This document shows, one piece after another, positions 40,877-57,775 of a stretch of 64,000 nt of DNA. The number at the start of each line of letters is the position of its first letter. Positions within the stretch are counted from its first letter, which is position 1. Location of the stretch: positions 31,124,001-31,188,000 of the forward strand of contig NC_043013.1 in the NCBI RefSeq assembly GCF_006345805.1. Direction: 5' to 3'. Position numbers and translations under genes: made by a program. The notes under the pieces are model-generated. The model worked only from the letters and a program-made list of their open reading frames with translations, ran no database searches and was not told where the DNA came from. The stretch is from Octopus sinensis. Its lineage: Eukaryota.

Positions 40877-43577
40877 GTATGTATGTATACAGAGAGAGCG
40901 AGTAACCAAGGAATCTAGTCCAGGTCCTCTGTTTTATAGTCAGTCTTCCCACACAACATATCGCTGTAATGTAACAGAAGCAACACGTAACTTGTATCCA
41001 CATGAATGTAAGGAAAATGAATGTAAGCAGGCTAATGCTTGCTTAAGTGAACTACAAAAAGTCAGTACAGGTGGTGATAGTTTCATAAGAATTTTTGGAA
41101 AAAAATTATTTGGGGCCCTTCAAAAGAAAATCAGTTTCTGCCGTTAGTAAGACAACACGTTTGGTCGCAGTCATCAGTATTTGGCAGCCGATTTAGTTTT
41201 TCGAGGTGGCATGTGTTTGAATGAGCATGTAGGATTTATCTAGAACATGTCCTGGAATGTGATTGAGTATCGAAGGGCTTTATTGAGTAAAAAATTCGGT
41301 GTATTACTTTGCTTCACGTTACGAATTGGAGAATCGCTTACTGAGTATAAACAAATGTTGTGTGTTCAAGAGATTGTACACGGTATGCAAATACTATTTG
41401 GTGTTTGGCACACGCAAGGCTAAGTATATTTGTGGTGATATAGAATAGAATACAGCTGAATACAAACATCCACATACACCTCCCACACACGCACATATCT
41501 CTTATCTTTTATATTCTGTTTCAGTCATTAAGCTGCGGCCATGTTGGGGCATCGCCTTCAAGAATTCTTCGCTGAATGCATGATTATATACCATGATTAT
41601 ATACCAGGATTAAAATCCTAGACTTTAGTCGGTCTCAGCAAAATACACCAACAGTGGTTTTCAAGAGGTAGAGGCACAAATACCGACACAAAGACAAAAA
41701 CACACATAAACGCACACACGCATCCATGCACACATGCACAGACGCACATATACAGATACAAAAACACACATATAAAGATGTCCATAGATGCCTCTCTCTC
41801 TCTCTCTGTATTTGTACCTCAGAGTCTTTAGCTTAAAGATGTTATATTTACACATCAAGCGAAGCAATATCTTTCCATTTCATATGCCACAATGTTTTTC
41901 CTATACTCCTTTTAGGAAAGAATTGTATCTGCACGATATATTTGTTTCTCCAGTTAAATTTGGATCTGCGTCACCAGATCTGTGTTCAAGTGTATTTTAG
42001 CTGTGACCATATTGTCTCTTTCCATGTGTAGTGATCAAATGACTTCATTATTTGTCATGTCTATTTTTTAAAAGACAGTTGTGATTTTATGGGAATCAGG
42101 TGATTATTTCAAGCATTTCGATCGAACATTTTGAGCTTCATTCATTAGTTCGATAATCTTTAGAAGTTGGCTGTCATGATGTCATATAAAAAAAAGCTGA
42201 ACAACTTCATTACTGTCTTTGAAAAATGACAAATGTGTTTCTACTGTTCTTAGTGGATTTAATTTCTTCCTCATCACTTTCGGATTTTATTTTCGATATG
42301 CGAAATATGATATAACATTTTAGCAAAGTGCTGTGATCTTTTTATCGCTTTCTGTTTCTGATCTGCGTGATTAAACGCTAAATTTCCAGTTGAATTTATT
42401 ATAGTTCAACTAAACGAAATCTTCATCTTAAAAGCACACTTATGTACATTCAAATTTTACAAGATGTCTCATTTTGCTTAATCCATTATAGCCGCTGTAA
42501 ATTGCATGTTATTTGTCTTATTATGTTTGCTAAATAATTAACTACATCAACAGGTTTATACCATTTCTTCTGCTATTTCAACCGAAAAGATTAATTCTCG
42601 TTCTCGTCCTAGTTTACCTTACATTCGTTTTTTTTTTTTTGCTGCTGTTATTTCTATTCCTAATCTCCTTAGAGCTGTATCAAGACTTGTAGTTTCTCTT
42701 ATCATTCACTAATTTCTTCTACTAAATCAATATCAAAACTGGTTTCCATAACACCTTCTTTAACACGTTCTTGCAAAGCATACGAAGCTTTCACCATTAT
42801 CTGTTCAACAAAGATGTTCCAAAAACCTTGGTGAGGAAAACAAGATCCCTGCTATTATACTAACTATTGGTTGAGCCACTTGCTTCATGAATATTTAAAC
42901 AAAAAATGTAGAAACCTGTTTTTATTTTCATATAATGACTAAATAACATATAAAACAAAATGGCTGATATTATATTTCCTTGCATAACTGATATATCTCC
43001 CAATCCCGCTTTCATAGAATGGTTATAATAAAACGAAGTTGAGTTTTGCATATAACCAGTGTTCTAAGTATATTTTCTGTTAGGATATTATTGCAGCATA
43101 TCTGTTCACCTTAGTCCCTCACACAATATAAACCGGTTGCTATTTCACCATCAATCATTTTATTGCAGGTTTCATTCGCCTAGATAAATCATATTCCAAA
43201 CCCTTACTCGAGTGTCGAAAACTGAAGCAGTATTGCTAACAATAGAGGGGGGGATTGCAAAAAATTCGTCAAGACACTAAGACACGCATGCACACACATA
43301 AACACACACAATCACAAACACATATATGCATGTATTGTATATATACATATATTTGTATTATATATATATGTGTGTGTGTGTGTTTGTGTATGTATATATA
43401 TACAAATATATATATATATATACATATGTATGTATATTATATAATAATAATAAAAACATTAGGCAGCTCTGTAGAATTAGATTTGTGTGTGAGTGTGCAA
43501 GTGTGTGTCTGTGTTGGTAAGTGTGTATGTATTCATAAGTGTAGATGTGTATGTAGGGTACATAGTCACCAGCGAAA

Positions 43578-47210
<3,633 letters not shown>

Positions 47211-48702
47211 AAAGTATATTCAAAATATTCACTTACAATTAAGTTAACAGGGTAGTAGAGAATTAAGCATATATTCAGGTAAAAACAAACAAAAAAACTT
47301 TGCGATACAAATCGCAGAATCGTCGGAAAATTGGCCGTCACCCTATTTAACTGGTTTTAAGCTTTTTAAAACAGCATTATGTCAGTATTATGTAGAAATA
47401 ACTACTGTCTGGTATTGCAAAGGCTTGGTTATAGACGTATGAATTCATTCTACAAGCCCTCATAACATTAGGGCAAAGATTGCTGAAAGGAGGTGGCAGT
47501 AAAATGTAGAACTTCGGAAACTTTACTGTTCTACATTTATCATACCCAGCCTGATTTCTGAGATCAAAACTATTGAATGATACTTTCTGCATCCAAGCCT
47601 TCAAAATATTCATCGGAACTATTCTGAGGTCAATGTTAAAGTCGGCACTTTCATAATTCAAATATTAGCATTGCTTCAAAGCATGATTTGCAGTAAATAA
47701 CTTATATATATGATGTAATAGCATTGTATTGTCCCCACTGATGCTTGCTTCATCCATCTTATATTTCAATATTTAGCCTCATGTACAAGGAAGAATTTAA
47801 TATATAACAATGATGTATGATGTGCTTCACTGTAAGAGCTAGGAATGTTAAATGTAAACTAACGGTAGCGTCAGCCATTGACTTAGACAACAATATTTCA
47901 TTAGTAATATTTACTATCGGAATCCACTTGATTAGCACGTATTAATATATAACGCTCTAATGTTTAATGCAAGTTATCAATAAAATAGGTAATATGGTCC
48001 GGAAATTGAATATACCGTTCACATGACGGTGGAAGTTTTCGTTTCATTTAAGATCAGCAAATATGCCTAATTTGATTAATATCTCATAAATTCCCAGAAG
48101 TTAACAGTCAATAACTTGGATCCATGTACATTTATTGAATTAATTAATGACTGAATGTCAGCCCTCTAGCTTTTGTTGCCTGAGTATTTATCGATATATA
48201 CATTTATCCTTCACAAAACAGTATACAATGTAGTCTAAGTAATGGCGCACCAGTTCAGTATATATTCTTCACAGACTATACATTGTATTGTGTGTATGTA
48301 AACATATTTCACACTCATACGTACTTCAAATGTTAAAGCCAACAACGGTCGATGAATTATAGCACACTGTTTTTGAAGTGTTTCGTAGCATGATTCTTTA
48401 TAATGGATCTCATAAGATCATAGAATGACAAATGTTCTTCAATCTTTCTATATTCATACGTATTCAGTTTCTTTCGCACTATCCAACAATATACATAGAA
48501 CACTTCAGACACATTCTTGCAATACACTAGGAAATACACTATGATAACACAACACTGCCCTCTACTAACTAGTACAGTTAATGGGAAATCACTCTTGAAT
48601 GGACAGAGTTATATCTGCAATATTTGCTAATGTAGTGCTACGTATATGTGGCTAATTTACGTACCGACCTTGTTAAGCATTTTTTATCATCATCAATGAT
48701 GT

Positions 48703-48760
48703 TGTTGCTGCTGCTGTTGTTGTCGCTGGTATTGTTGCTGCCTGAACTGACGCTGCTAAT

Positions 48761-48814
<54 letters not shown>

Positions 48815-48955
48815 ATAGTAGTAGTAGTAGTAGTAGTAGTAGTAGCAGCAGAAGCGGTAGCAGCAGCAGCATCAGTGGTGGCAGTAGTAGTAGTAGTGGT
48901 GGTGGTGGTGGTGGTGGTGGTGGTAGTAGCAGTAGTAGTAGTAGGAGGAGGAGGT
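48703..48955. repeat. (GTA)n/(GTG)n/(GCA)n trinucleotide microsatellite
   Basis: Seen directly; source of the poly-Thr and poly-Leu ORFs. Confidence 0.95.
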
Positions 48956-49279
48956 GAGAGCGGAAGATGCGATGGAGATAGAAAAGGAGCAACAGTGATA
49001 GCTCTTTGCGGTTTAATTGCGATTGATACATTGCGTTCTCTTATCACACTATAGAGCGTCTTAAGTATGTGAAGTATTTTGTTTTGGTGTTCTGCTTTCT
49101 GTCCCATTCATTGTGATAAACCCTTTGAACTCAAATCCTGCAGACGTCAACTTTGCACTTTATTCCTTCTGGGTCACCAGTTCCCGATGACAGGTTGCTG
49201 AATCTATAAGAATCTGGAATTGAACGCCCTGCGGTATATTTCCAGGTACTTTTCTTTCTGAGTTTATATATCACCAAGT

Positions 49280-49445
49280 GGAGGCGCAGTGGCCCAGTGG
49301 TAAGGGCAGCGGACTCGTGATCGAAGGATCACGGATTCGATTCCCCAGACCGGGCGTTGTGTATGTTTATTGAGTGAAAACACCTAAAACTCCACAAGGC
49401 AACGGCACGGTGTGGTGGTGACTCCTGTTGCACTCTTTCGTCCCA

Positions 49446-49483
<38 letters not shown>

Positions 49484-49605
49484 CATGTTTCTTGAGTAAC
49501 GCTGCGATGGACTGGCATCCCGTCCAGCTGGCGGGGGGACACATACGCCACAGAAACTAGGAAACCGGGCACATGAGCCTGACTAGGCTTGAAAAGCGCG
49601 CATAA
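49280..49605 (+). mobile_element. tRNA-derived SINE (family C), full length
   Basis: ggaggcgcagtggcccagtggtaagggcagcggactc...ggattcgattcccc...gactggcatcccgtccagctg...ctaggcttgaaaagcgcgcat. Confidence 0.87.
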
Positions 49606-50253
49606 ATAAAACAAAAAATATCCCCAACAGGATGTTTTGGTGGTAGATTTAACACGTTACGTAGTTTGGTACTGCGTTGAAAGACTTTAGCAGAAGACGA
49701 AACCCGAAAAAAAATTAATAATAATAGTAAGTTGGGCATATATATTACTAAAGGAAACTCAATAACGGAATAAGCAAAACGTAATTTAACCAGCCGTAGT
49801 ATCATTAAGGAAATGCATGGTTTACATAGCCTATAGTTACATATTACAAGAATATATGTGATCTAGTCTTCAATTGCAATAGAATATTCGGATAACATCA
49901 GGAAGTAAAATTGAAATTGCCCACTTCAAAGTAATGAAGCATATAATGTTTAAATATTCGCATTTGACATCAATGTCATTAATAGCTTTGCTAATAATTT
50001 ATTAAAATTGAGATATGAGATGGAAACATTTTGCACATGACCAAAATTACCCCCAAAGCGATGGAATTAATCACATTTTATTACAGGATATATGATGAAT
50101 GAGAAAAAGAAGATGAATGAACAAAAACGATTATAGCTTTCATGCCAAATGGCGATCGAAGATTTATTGTATAATGGATAGTGTTTTACTAGAAGCAATG
50201 AAAGTTAGCAAGAAAACATGGATTACGTATTCGCATGTAACAGATTCTTGACA

Positions 50254-50304
<51 letters not shown>

Positions 50305-51316
50305 GCGTTTCCTATATGGCTTGAAGTACAACTGTCTAATATTGAGTTGTACGAAAAACGAAAAGTCGTTATTTTGTCATATTATGAAACCATTAGACGT
50401 CAGAGGAAAGAAACATACACTTAGCTTCGAAACACATATAATCTGCGACATGTATGTTGAACTGACAGATAATAGCAGATCTTTCTGAAAATATATCAAA
50501 AAAGGATAATAAGAATCTTAGTTTTATTTTGGTGCCAATGCATACACATATACTCTATCATGTGCTTGCGCCAATAAACGTGTATATATTTGTATGAGCA
50601 CGTGTATACGTTTGTAATTAGTGTTTGTACGTATCAGTTTGGCTGAGAATCCCCAGTGAGTAGTACAGGCTACGTCAGCAAATTCTATCTTCATTCTTAC
50701 TGTCAATCTCTTAATTTTGTATGTCCTTTGAAGAACAGCGATTAACCTACCGAAGAAATTCCTTTTCTTATGTAGAACGTCTTTAGACGAAGACTTTTGT
50801 GTGCAGAGAACACAGTTATAGGAGTAGATAGGAAAAATTAAGGAAATTGCGTTTAAATTGTTCATGCGCATGTGTGGGATAATATGGTGGGAGAGAGAGG
50901 ACAGGCTGGAGAGAGATAACGAAGTGAGTTTGAGAGAGAGAGAGTGTGTGTGTGAAATAAGACTATGAGTGAATAAATGCAAAAAGCATTGAGAGATGCA
51001 AATCAAGAAGGAATGAAAAGAAAAACAGACATTTTCATGGAGTGGTTATTTACGGTGGCCATAACAGTCAGCGGGTAAATTGTTTTTCAATAACATTGGT
51101 GATATACTAACCACAAAAACATATACATACGAAATGTTATTGGAAAATATTCATATATAGGCCAATATATGACTATACAAACACACACATAAATACATGA
51201 ATACATACATATATACATACACATACATACATAAATACACATACATACATACATACATACATACATACATACATACATAAATACATACATACATACATAC
51301 ATACATACATGCATAC

Positions 51317-51530
51317 ATATGGACAACTGCTTCGAAACCTGCACCTTATATATCCAGACTATAAATTAATATTCATACCAATAGTTATTGGAGCACAATG
51401 TTTTGTTAGTAAATATTTTTTGTTAGTAAATATATACAAGACTAGGAACAGCAATCGCAAATCGCGAAAGTATCGACAGAAATTTCATCGCTCATAGGCT
51501 GAACCATAACTGGGTTCTAAAATGAACCGA
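51317..51530 (+). mobile_element. Short 3' fragment of an RLE-type non-LTR retrotransposon adjoining (CATA)n
   Basis: ORF 51309..51497 reads YGQLLRNLHLIYPDYKLIFIPIVIGAQCFVSK, resembling the IPIVIGALG motif of the copy at 1337-1804 but from a different family. Confidence 0.5.
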
Positions 51531-52110
51531 CTACATTAACTTCAGGGCCAAAACCACAAAAATTTCGTTCAGGAAAAAACATGTCTGTCGTCATTCAAAT
51601 CTATCAGAATCAAAATCAAATGCCAGATTGACGAGATTACTGAATACTTCTCTCGAAAGAATCGTAAACAATATGGATGATGATGGATGTGATAACAACA
51701 AAAACTTGAACGAAAATGTTCTTATATTGAGTGAGCTGTAATTGAATATGAATAAACGGAACTGGAGGATGAATGCAAAAAATTGAAAGAAATCTTAACA
51801 AAAAGAAAATTCAACCAATTATTCCCTATCTACGTTAACCAACAATTACATATGAAAAATTACCATATGGGGTGACAGATAAACAACAATGAAACGGAAT
51901 GAAAAATCCCCAAATTTACTGCAGTTATTGTATTTACTCTCTCCAGACATATATTGACAGACTTACGGAAAATTTCGGGCAGCTAGCCACTTTCGTTAAG
52001 TAAACATTATAGGCAAGAAACGTAAGTATTTAGGATTTTACCGAACAACATCTCATCAACAAAGATGTCTGTAAGGAAGCACATCAGCATCATCGAACCA
52101 CGTTTACTAT

Positions 52111-52336
52111 AGCGCTAGAGAATCGTTAGCACGCCGGGCGAAATGCTCAACGGTATCTCGTCTGCCATTACGTTCTGAGTGCAAATTCCGCCGTGGTCGA
52201 CTTTGCCTTTCATCATTTTGGGGTCGATAAATCAAGTACCAGTTACGCACTGAGGTCGATATAATCGACTTAATCTGCCTGTGTGTCCTTGTTTGTCTCC
52301 TCTGTGTTTAGCCCCCTTGTGGGTAGTAAAGAAATA
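52111..52336 (+). mobile_element. SINE family B
   Basis: Closely similar to 10583-10814 along its length. Confidence 0.88.
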
Positions 52337-52902
52337 TGTATTTTACGGTTATGCTCACTCATTAGCTGCGGATGACAGAAAGATTAAATTCAAAAAGAAC
52401 TTTCTTGCTGATGATTAAAGATATAGTCGAGTAATACACCTGATATGAAAACGTTGCTAGAATTCTTCACGACTATTCACAGTGAAGCTAAGGAAGTTTT
52501 CTTTCCCAAAAGTTCTGACCATAAGATTTACACAAATATTTGTAAACTATGGAATCATAATTGAGTAAATCAACACATTAATATCATGCTGATTTATTCT
52601 ATGTATATGGGAAATGGTGATCTCAACATATTTAGGATTTGAAATTAGAATCGATGGAAGTGAGAGAGAGAGACATACAGATAGACGGAAGACAGACAGA
52701 CAAACAGACAAACAGACGTTAAGATATACAGCGGGAGAGTAGTGAAATAGTGGTGAATATTAATACAGCGTCCATAGTTCATAAGGCCATACGATATATA
52801 TAACGCTAAATTATAGTTATGTTGATATATACACAGAAAAATCCCATTTCAAACATAATTATTTTCTTTTAGAGAGAATATACTTATCTCTCACAATGCT
52901 GT

Positions 52903-52936
<34 letters not shown>

Positions 52937-53207
52937 TGTATGTATGTATGTATGTATGTATGTGTGTATGTATGTATGTATGAGTATGTATGTATGTATG
53001 TGTATGTATGTATGTATATGTATGTATGCATGTATGTATGTATGTATGTATGTGTGTGTGTGTATGTATGTTTGTATGTATGTATGTATATATACATATA
53101 TGTAATTATTGCTATGTCGCTACATTATAAAAATAAAATCAAAAGCAAAAATAACGTTCAAATTACTATATGGTCAAATGGCTGCCATGTCTGTATGCCT
53201 TTGATAT

Positions 53208-53285
<78 letters not shown>

Positions 53286-54596
53286 TATATATATACGCGC
53301 GTACGTGTGTGTATTGCGTACATACACATATGTATGTACGTATGTATGAATATGAGTATTTGTACGCGCATGTGAGTGTATGAATGTGTGTGTATCTGTG
53401 TGTGTGTGTCTGTGTCTGTCTACGTGAAGTGATTACATTCAGCGCCAAAGTTTTCAATATAATCACATTACTTTGCAAAATATCTTTGTAACAAATGTCA
53501 AAAGTTGATTGTTCAGTTCTGTAATACTATTCCAAGATAAACATCGCTTTATTCAAACTGAAATTGTTATTACTGTAATTATCGCAAACGTCAACACCAA
53601 AACGTGTTAAGATTTTCATATTAAGTCTATTATGATGTGGGAATATGTGGTTCTTTTGCATTAAACAGTACCAAATTTCTTTCCACAAAGAGAAAATTAG
53701 AAAGAAAAAACTATTCCAAGTACCATTTATTCATTGTTAAATTTACAACTTTTAATATGTTTTTGAAGTATGTTTGCTAGAGACAAGAACTGAAGACGCG
53801 TATTACGTGGAAATTGTACGGTTATATAATAGAGATAATAGAAGCAATATGTAGTAAAGCACTACGATAACTCATCTTTAGATTACAGTTTCAAATAATA
53901 ATCTCCCATGGCCATGTCACGTAGTAACACTCCGACAGAAAGAAATCATTGAGAATGCACTATATGTATATGCATTTCTAATAAGTATTAAAGAAATATG
54001 ACATCTAATATACAACATTGTGTATTTGACAAATTTTTCAGTAACTTTCCTTCACTTATCGAAGAGTGTACATTTTATATTTAGGGTTCGATAGTAGAAA
54101 AGTTTAGTGCTATGAATATTCAGCTGTCAAATATAGTCAAGATAAATAAACCCTCGCTCATGCCTTAGTAAGAACTGATAATCACGATGTATTTAAGATA
54201 AATATGAGATGAAGTAGCTAATATAAATGGAATGAAATTATACGCTTATATTATCAGAATAGAAACAGCTATTATATTATGAAATACAATGGTCATCTGC
54301 ATTTATTTTCCATATTTCAGTATTGCATGTTACTCGAACTTCGATTTATGTTTACTATAACAGAATTTGGGATCTTTTAAAGTTTGCCTAAGCAAATTTA
54401 TTCTGGACGATTTAACAACATCAACGACAGATTCAGTACTCAGTCCCCTCACTTTTAGTAATGTCTTTCTTGTTCTCTGCTCGCCTATATTTCTTAAAAA
54501 ACGCTAACGATATGTTTTATTAGAACAGTATAAGTTTGAAACAAATCATATATCTGTACGTAGTATATACATACATACATACACATATACATAAAG

Positions 54597-54646
<50 letters not shown>

Positions 54647-54786
54647 GTAATTATCAAGGTAAGCATCAGGATATCAAGTAGTAATGCAGTACGACCGTTT
54701 CAAGTCAGCCCGAGAATATTGGACTTACTTGGTGCTACAATTTGAGTACTTTATTGAACTGAATGTTAATTATATATACACATATA

Positions 54787-54852
<66 letters not shown>

Positions 54853-54899
54853 TAGATATATATATATATGTGTGTGTGTGTATGTATGTATAATATATT

Positions 54900-55235
54900 T
54901 AAGACCCCCTTCAGTCATGAATGACCATGGGATTGCACCTAGAAAGTTACCCTCCTAGACACAAGTCTGGGCAAGGTTGTTTATGGAAGACCAGCAGTCG
55001 CCCAAGCATACCAGCCTCCCCTCTCCACGCCACCAGTGTTATCCAAGGGAAAGACAAAGGTCGATACAGCTTGGCACCAGTGACGTCGCCACTCATTTCT
55101 ACAGCTGAGTGAACTGGAGCAACGTGAAATAAAGTGCCTTGCTCAAGAACACAACACGCAGCCCGGTCCGGGATTCGAGCTCACAACCTCACGATCGTAA
55201 GCTCGACGCTCTAACCACTGAGCCATGCGTCTTCA
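54900..55235 (-). mobile_element. tRNA-derived CORE-like SINE with a distinct 3' tail
   Basis: Head gaagacgcatggctcagtggttagagcg, CORE-like gttgtgttcttgagcaaggcactttatttcacg...ctcagctgtagaaatgagt, tail ...cccatggtcattcatgactgaagggggtctt. Confidence 0.85.
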
Positions 55236-55329
<94 letters not shown>

Positions 55330-55343
55330 ATATATATATACAC

Positions 55344-55375
<32 letters not shown>

Positions 55376-55378
55376 TAC

Positions 55379-55465
<87 letters not shown>

Positions 55466-55467
55466 TA

Positions 55468-55705
55468 CTTCCCTCTCGAGCCAGGCACACGTGGGCCGGT
55501 TTCCCGATTTCACTGGCGTATATATTCCCCAATTTCTCGGGGGTCAGGTGAATCAAACGATTACTCATTTTTGCCAGCTGAATGAACAGAAGCAACGCGA
55601 AATGAAGGTTGTTGCTCAAGAACAAAACGCGTCTCCAGTTTCAAATATAGAAACCACAATCATGTGATCATGAGTCGACCACCCTAACTACTAAACCATA
55701 CACCT
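55468..55705 (-). mobile_element. tRNA-derived CORE-like SINE, diverged
   Basis: Same body as 22897-23144; tail ...gcctggctcgagagggaag resembles that of 20589-20884. Confidence 0.75.
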
Positions 55706-55709
55706 AAAA

Positions 55710-55769
<60 letters not shown>

Positions 55770-55813
55770 TATATATATATACCTTGGGGTGTCGCAACCG
55801 TGCCTTAGCGCGG

Positions 55814-56108
55814 ATAATTGAAGTTTAATATATTTAGTGAAGGGAAGAAATGGAGCTGAACGAAGATTCTACAGAATTCCTTTTATTATTTTCTACACAT
55901 GTTTCGAATACCTTGCTGCGCATTTGTTTTGGATTTTTAAATTCCTGGATTTTCCTGAAGTGAATGCTGCAAAATGGTCTCCTTATTCAATCCGAATTTG
56001 GAAATTTGCGGCCTTTGAAACATGTGTAGAAAATAATAAAAGGAATTCTGTAGAATCTTCGTTCAGCTCCATTTCTTCCCTTCACTAAATATATTAAACT
56101 TCAATTAT
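55814..56108. repeat. Perfect 92-bp inverted repeat (55814-55905 / 56017-56108) around a 111-bp spacer
   Basis: Arms checked base by base as exact reverse complements; the element lies between (TA)n tracts. Confidence 0.95.
55950..56033 (+). ncRNA. Degenerate type-I hammerhead ribozyme motif
   Basis: TTTTC-CTGAAGT-(gctgcaaaat...atttgcggc)-GAAA-CATGTG-TA-GAAAA. Stem I is 5 bp and the triplet is GUA, but core A9 is replaced by T. Confidence 0.45.
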
Positions 56109-56212
56109 ATATATATAGATTTATATAAATAAGGATAAGTTCGTTAATTTAAAATAAAATAACGAACCTATCAAGTGGTCAACATGGAAAAAATAACCTT
56201 AATAAGTTTTTA

Positions 56213-56670
56213 AATTATAAATTAGGGTATCTACGAGATACCACCATGCTGAAAATAGCAGGCATGAACCGACTCTTAAAACCACAGTTTTAAAAAAAAG
56301 TTTTCATATAGCAACAAGGAGAAAAGAGAAAGAGACAAGATGAAACTAGTAAAAAATTACTGGATAATTCTAGAAATGCCTCGCCTCGTCAGAAAGAAAC
56401 ATAAGTATATATATTTATAAATACAACATATATTTATAAATACAACATACGAATAATTACATATACGAACGTATACATACATATATATGTCCGTATGCAT
56501 CAAGGCTAGTTCAAATAGCAGCCATGAGCCGACTCTAAAACCACCTTAAATTTTCATATAGCAGCATGGAGAAAAGACAAAGGGACAAGATGAAACTATT
56601 AAAAAATTTCTGGATAATGCATACGTGTATATATATGTATACATTCGTATATGTAAGTATTCGTGTGTTG

Positions 56671-56715
<45 letters not shown>

Positions 56716-56924
56716 TTATGTTTCTTTCTGAGTGTATTCTACTGACGAGGCAAAACATTTCTAAATGCAAAGTCAGAAATCCGGGATCTAGAATTATCCA
56801 GTAAATTTTTACTAGTTTCATCTTGTCTCCATGTTACTATATGAAAACTTAAGGTGGTTTTAGAGTCAGTTCATGGCTACTATTTCAGCATGGTGGTATC
56901 TCGTAGATACCCTAATTTATAATT
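56213..56924. repeat. ~700-bp fold-back element: terminal repeat, partial direct copy, inverted copy (Penelope pLTR-like)
   Basis: 56213-56404 is inverted against 56717-56924; 56430-56500 is inverted against 56618-56680; a partial direct copy at 56513-56618 forms the loop. Confidence 0.88.
56736..56794 (+). ncRNA. Type-I hammerhead ribozyme motif
   Basis: ATTCTA-CTGACGA-GGC...GTCA-GAAA-TCCGGGA-TC-TAGAAT. Stem I is a perfect 6 bp, both core boxes are intact, stem III is near-palindromic and the triplet is AUC; stem II is imperfect. Confidence 0.65.
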
Positions 56925-56981
56925 ATATATATATATATATATATATATACATACAGAGAGAGAGTGAGTGAGAGAGAGAGC

Positions 56982-57775
56982 CTGCGATGGGTAAATTTTC
57001 ACCGTTATATATTTTTGATTTCACGCATGCGTGTTGTCTACTTTTTGATTTTGTCGACTACACAGTATAATAGTGTGGTTGGACACTGTCTGTGAGGAAA
57101 ACACCACGTTGAGGTAATTCATTATGCCAGAAATTTGGAAACGACATTTCAGAATCTTGGGTGTCAATCCGTATCCCCAAAACATGTACTGAGATTGATG
57201 AAAATCAAACATCCAGTCAACATCATTGTGTTTGGTGTGATCACCAGTGATAGCGACGTTATGCCTCCATTCATATTCCCACATGGTCTCACACTAAGGA
57301 AGGAGGCCTACATCTAGTGCCTGGAGGACATAGTGCTGACCTCGAACAAGAGAGTGGCTGCTGGAAGACCCTGTCTGGCAACAGGACTCTGCACCATGCC
57401 ATGGCTTTCAGACAATTTCTGCAACCACAACACCCCTAACATCTGGCTACCTAACTCACCAGACTGCAAACCCCTTGATTATTATATGTGGGCCGCAGCT
57501 GAGCGAGAGACTAAACAAAAAAATCATTGTAAAACCAAAGATGAAGTGAAGGCAAAGATTATGGCAGCATTCAGCAACTGAAACAAGGAGACCGTATAGA
57601 AAAATTGCAAGAGATTACAAAGACGTCAGGAGGCCGCGGTTGAAGCCAATTGAATGAGTTTACTCTTTAGTATTTCACGATAGTTTTATGTAAATTTGGT
57701 AAATATATCTGTTAAAATGAGATGTCAGTGTTATTCTCATTTTTGCATAATTTAGACGACAATTCATTCATCGAC
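56982..57775 (+). mobile_element. Internally deleted Tc1/mariner element, maT/DD37D-like
   Basis: MKIKHPVNIIVFGVITSDSDVMPPFIFPHGL...EAYI*CLEDIVL...WQQDSAPCH...IWLPNSPDCKPLDYYMW, with stops and deletions. Degenerate TIRs gcgatgggtaaattttc / gacaattcattcatcg. Confidence 0.85.

Noticed and set aside
47377-47661. 94-aa non-repetitive minus-strand ORF
   Set aside because: No recognisable domain or splice context; a BLASTX search would be needed.
50524-51006. 160-aa minus-strand ORF
   Set aside because: Partly built from (CT)/(CA) repeats, no ATG at the annotated start, and no recognisable motif.
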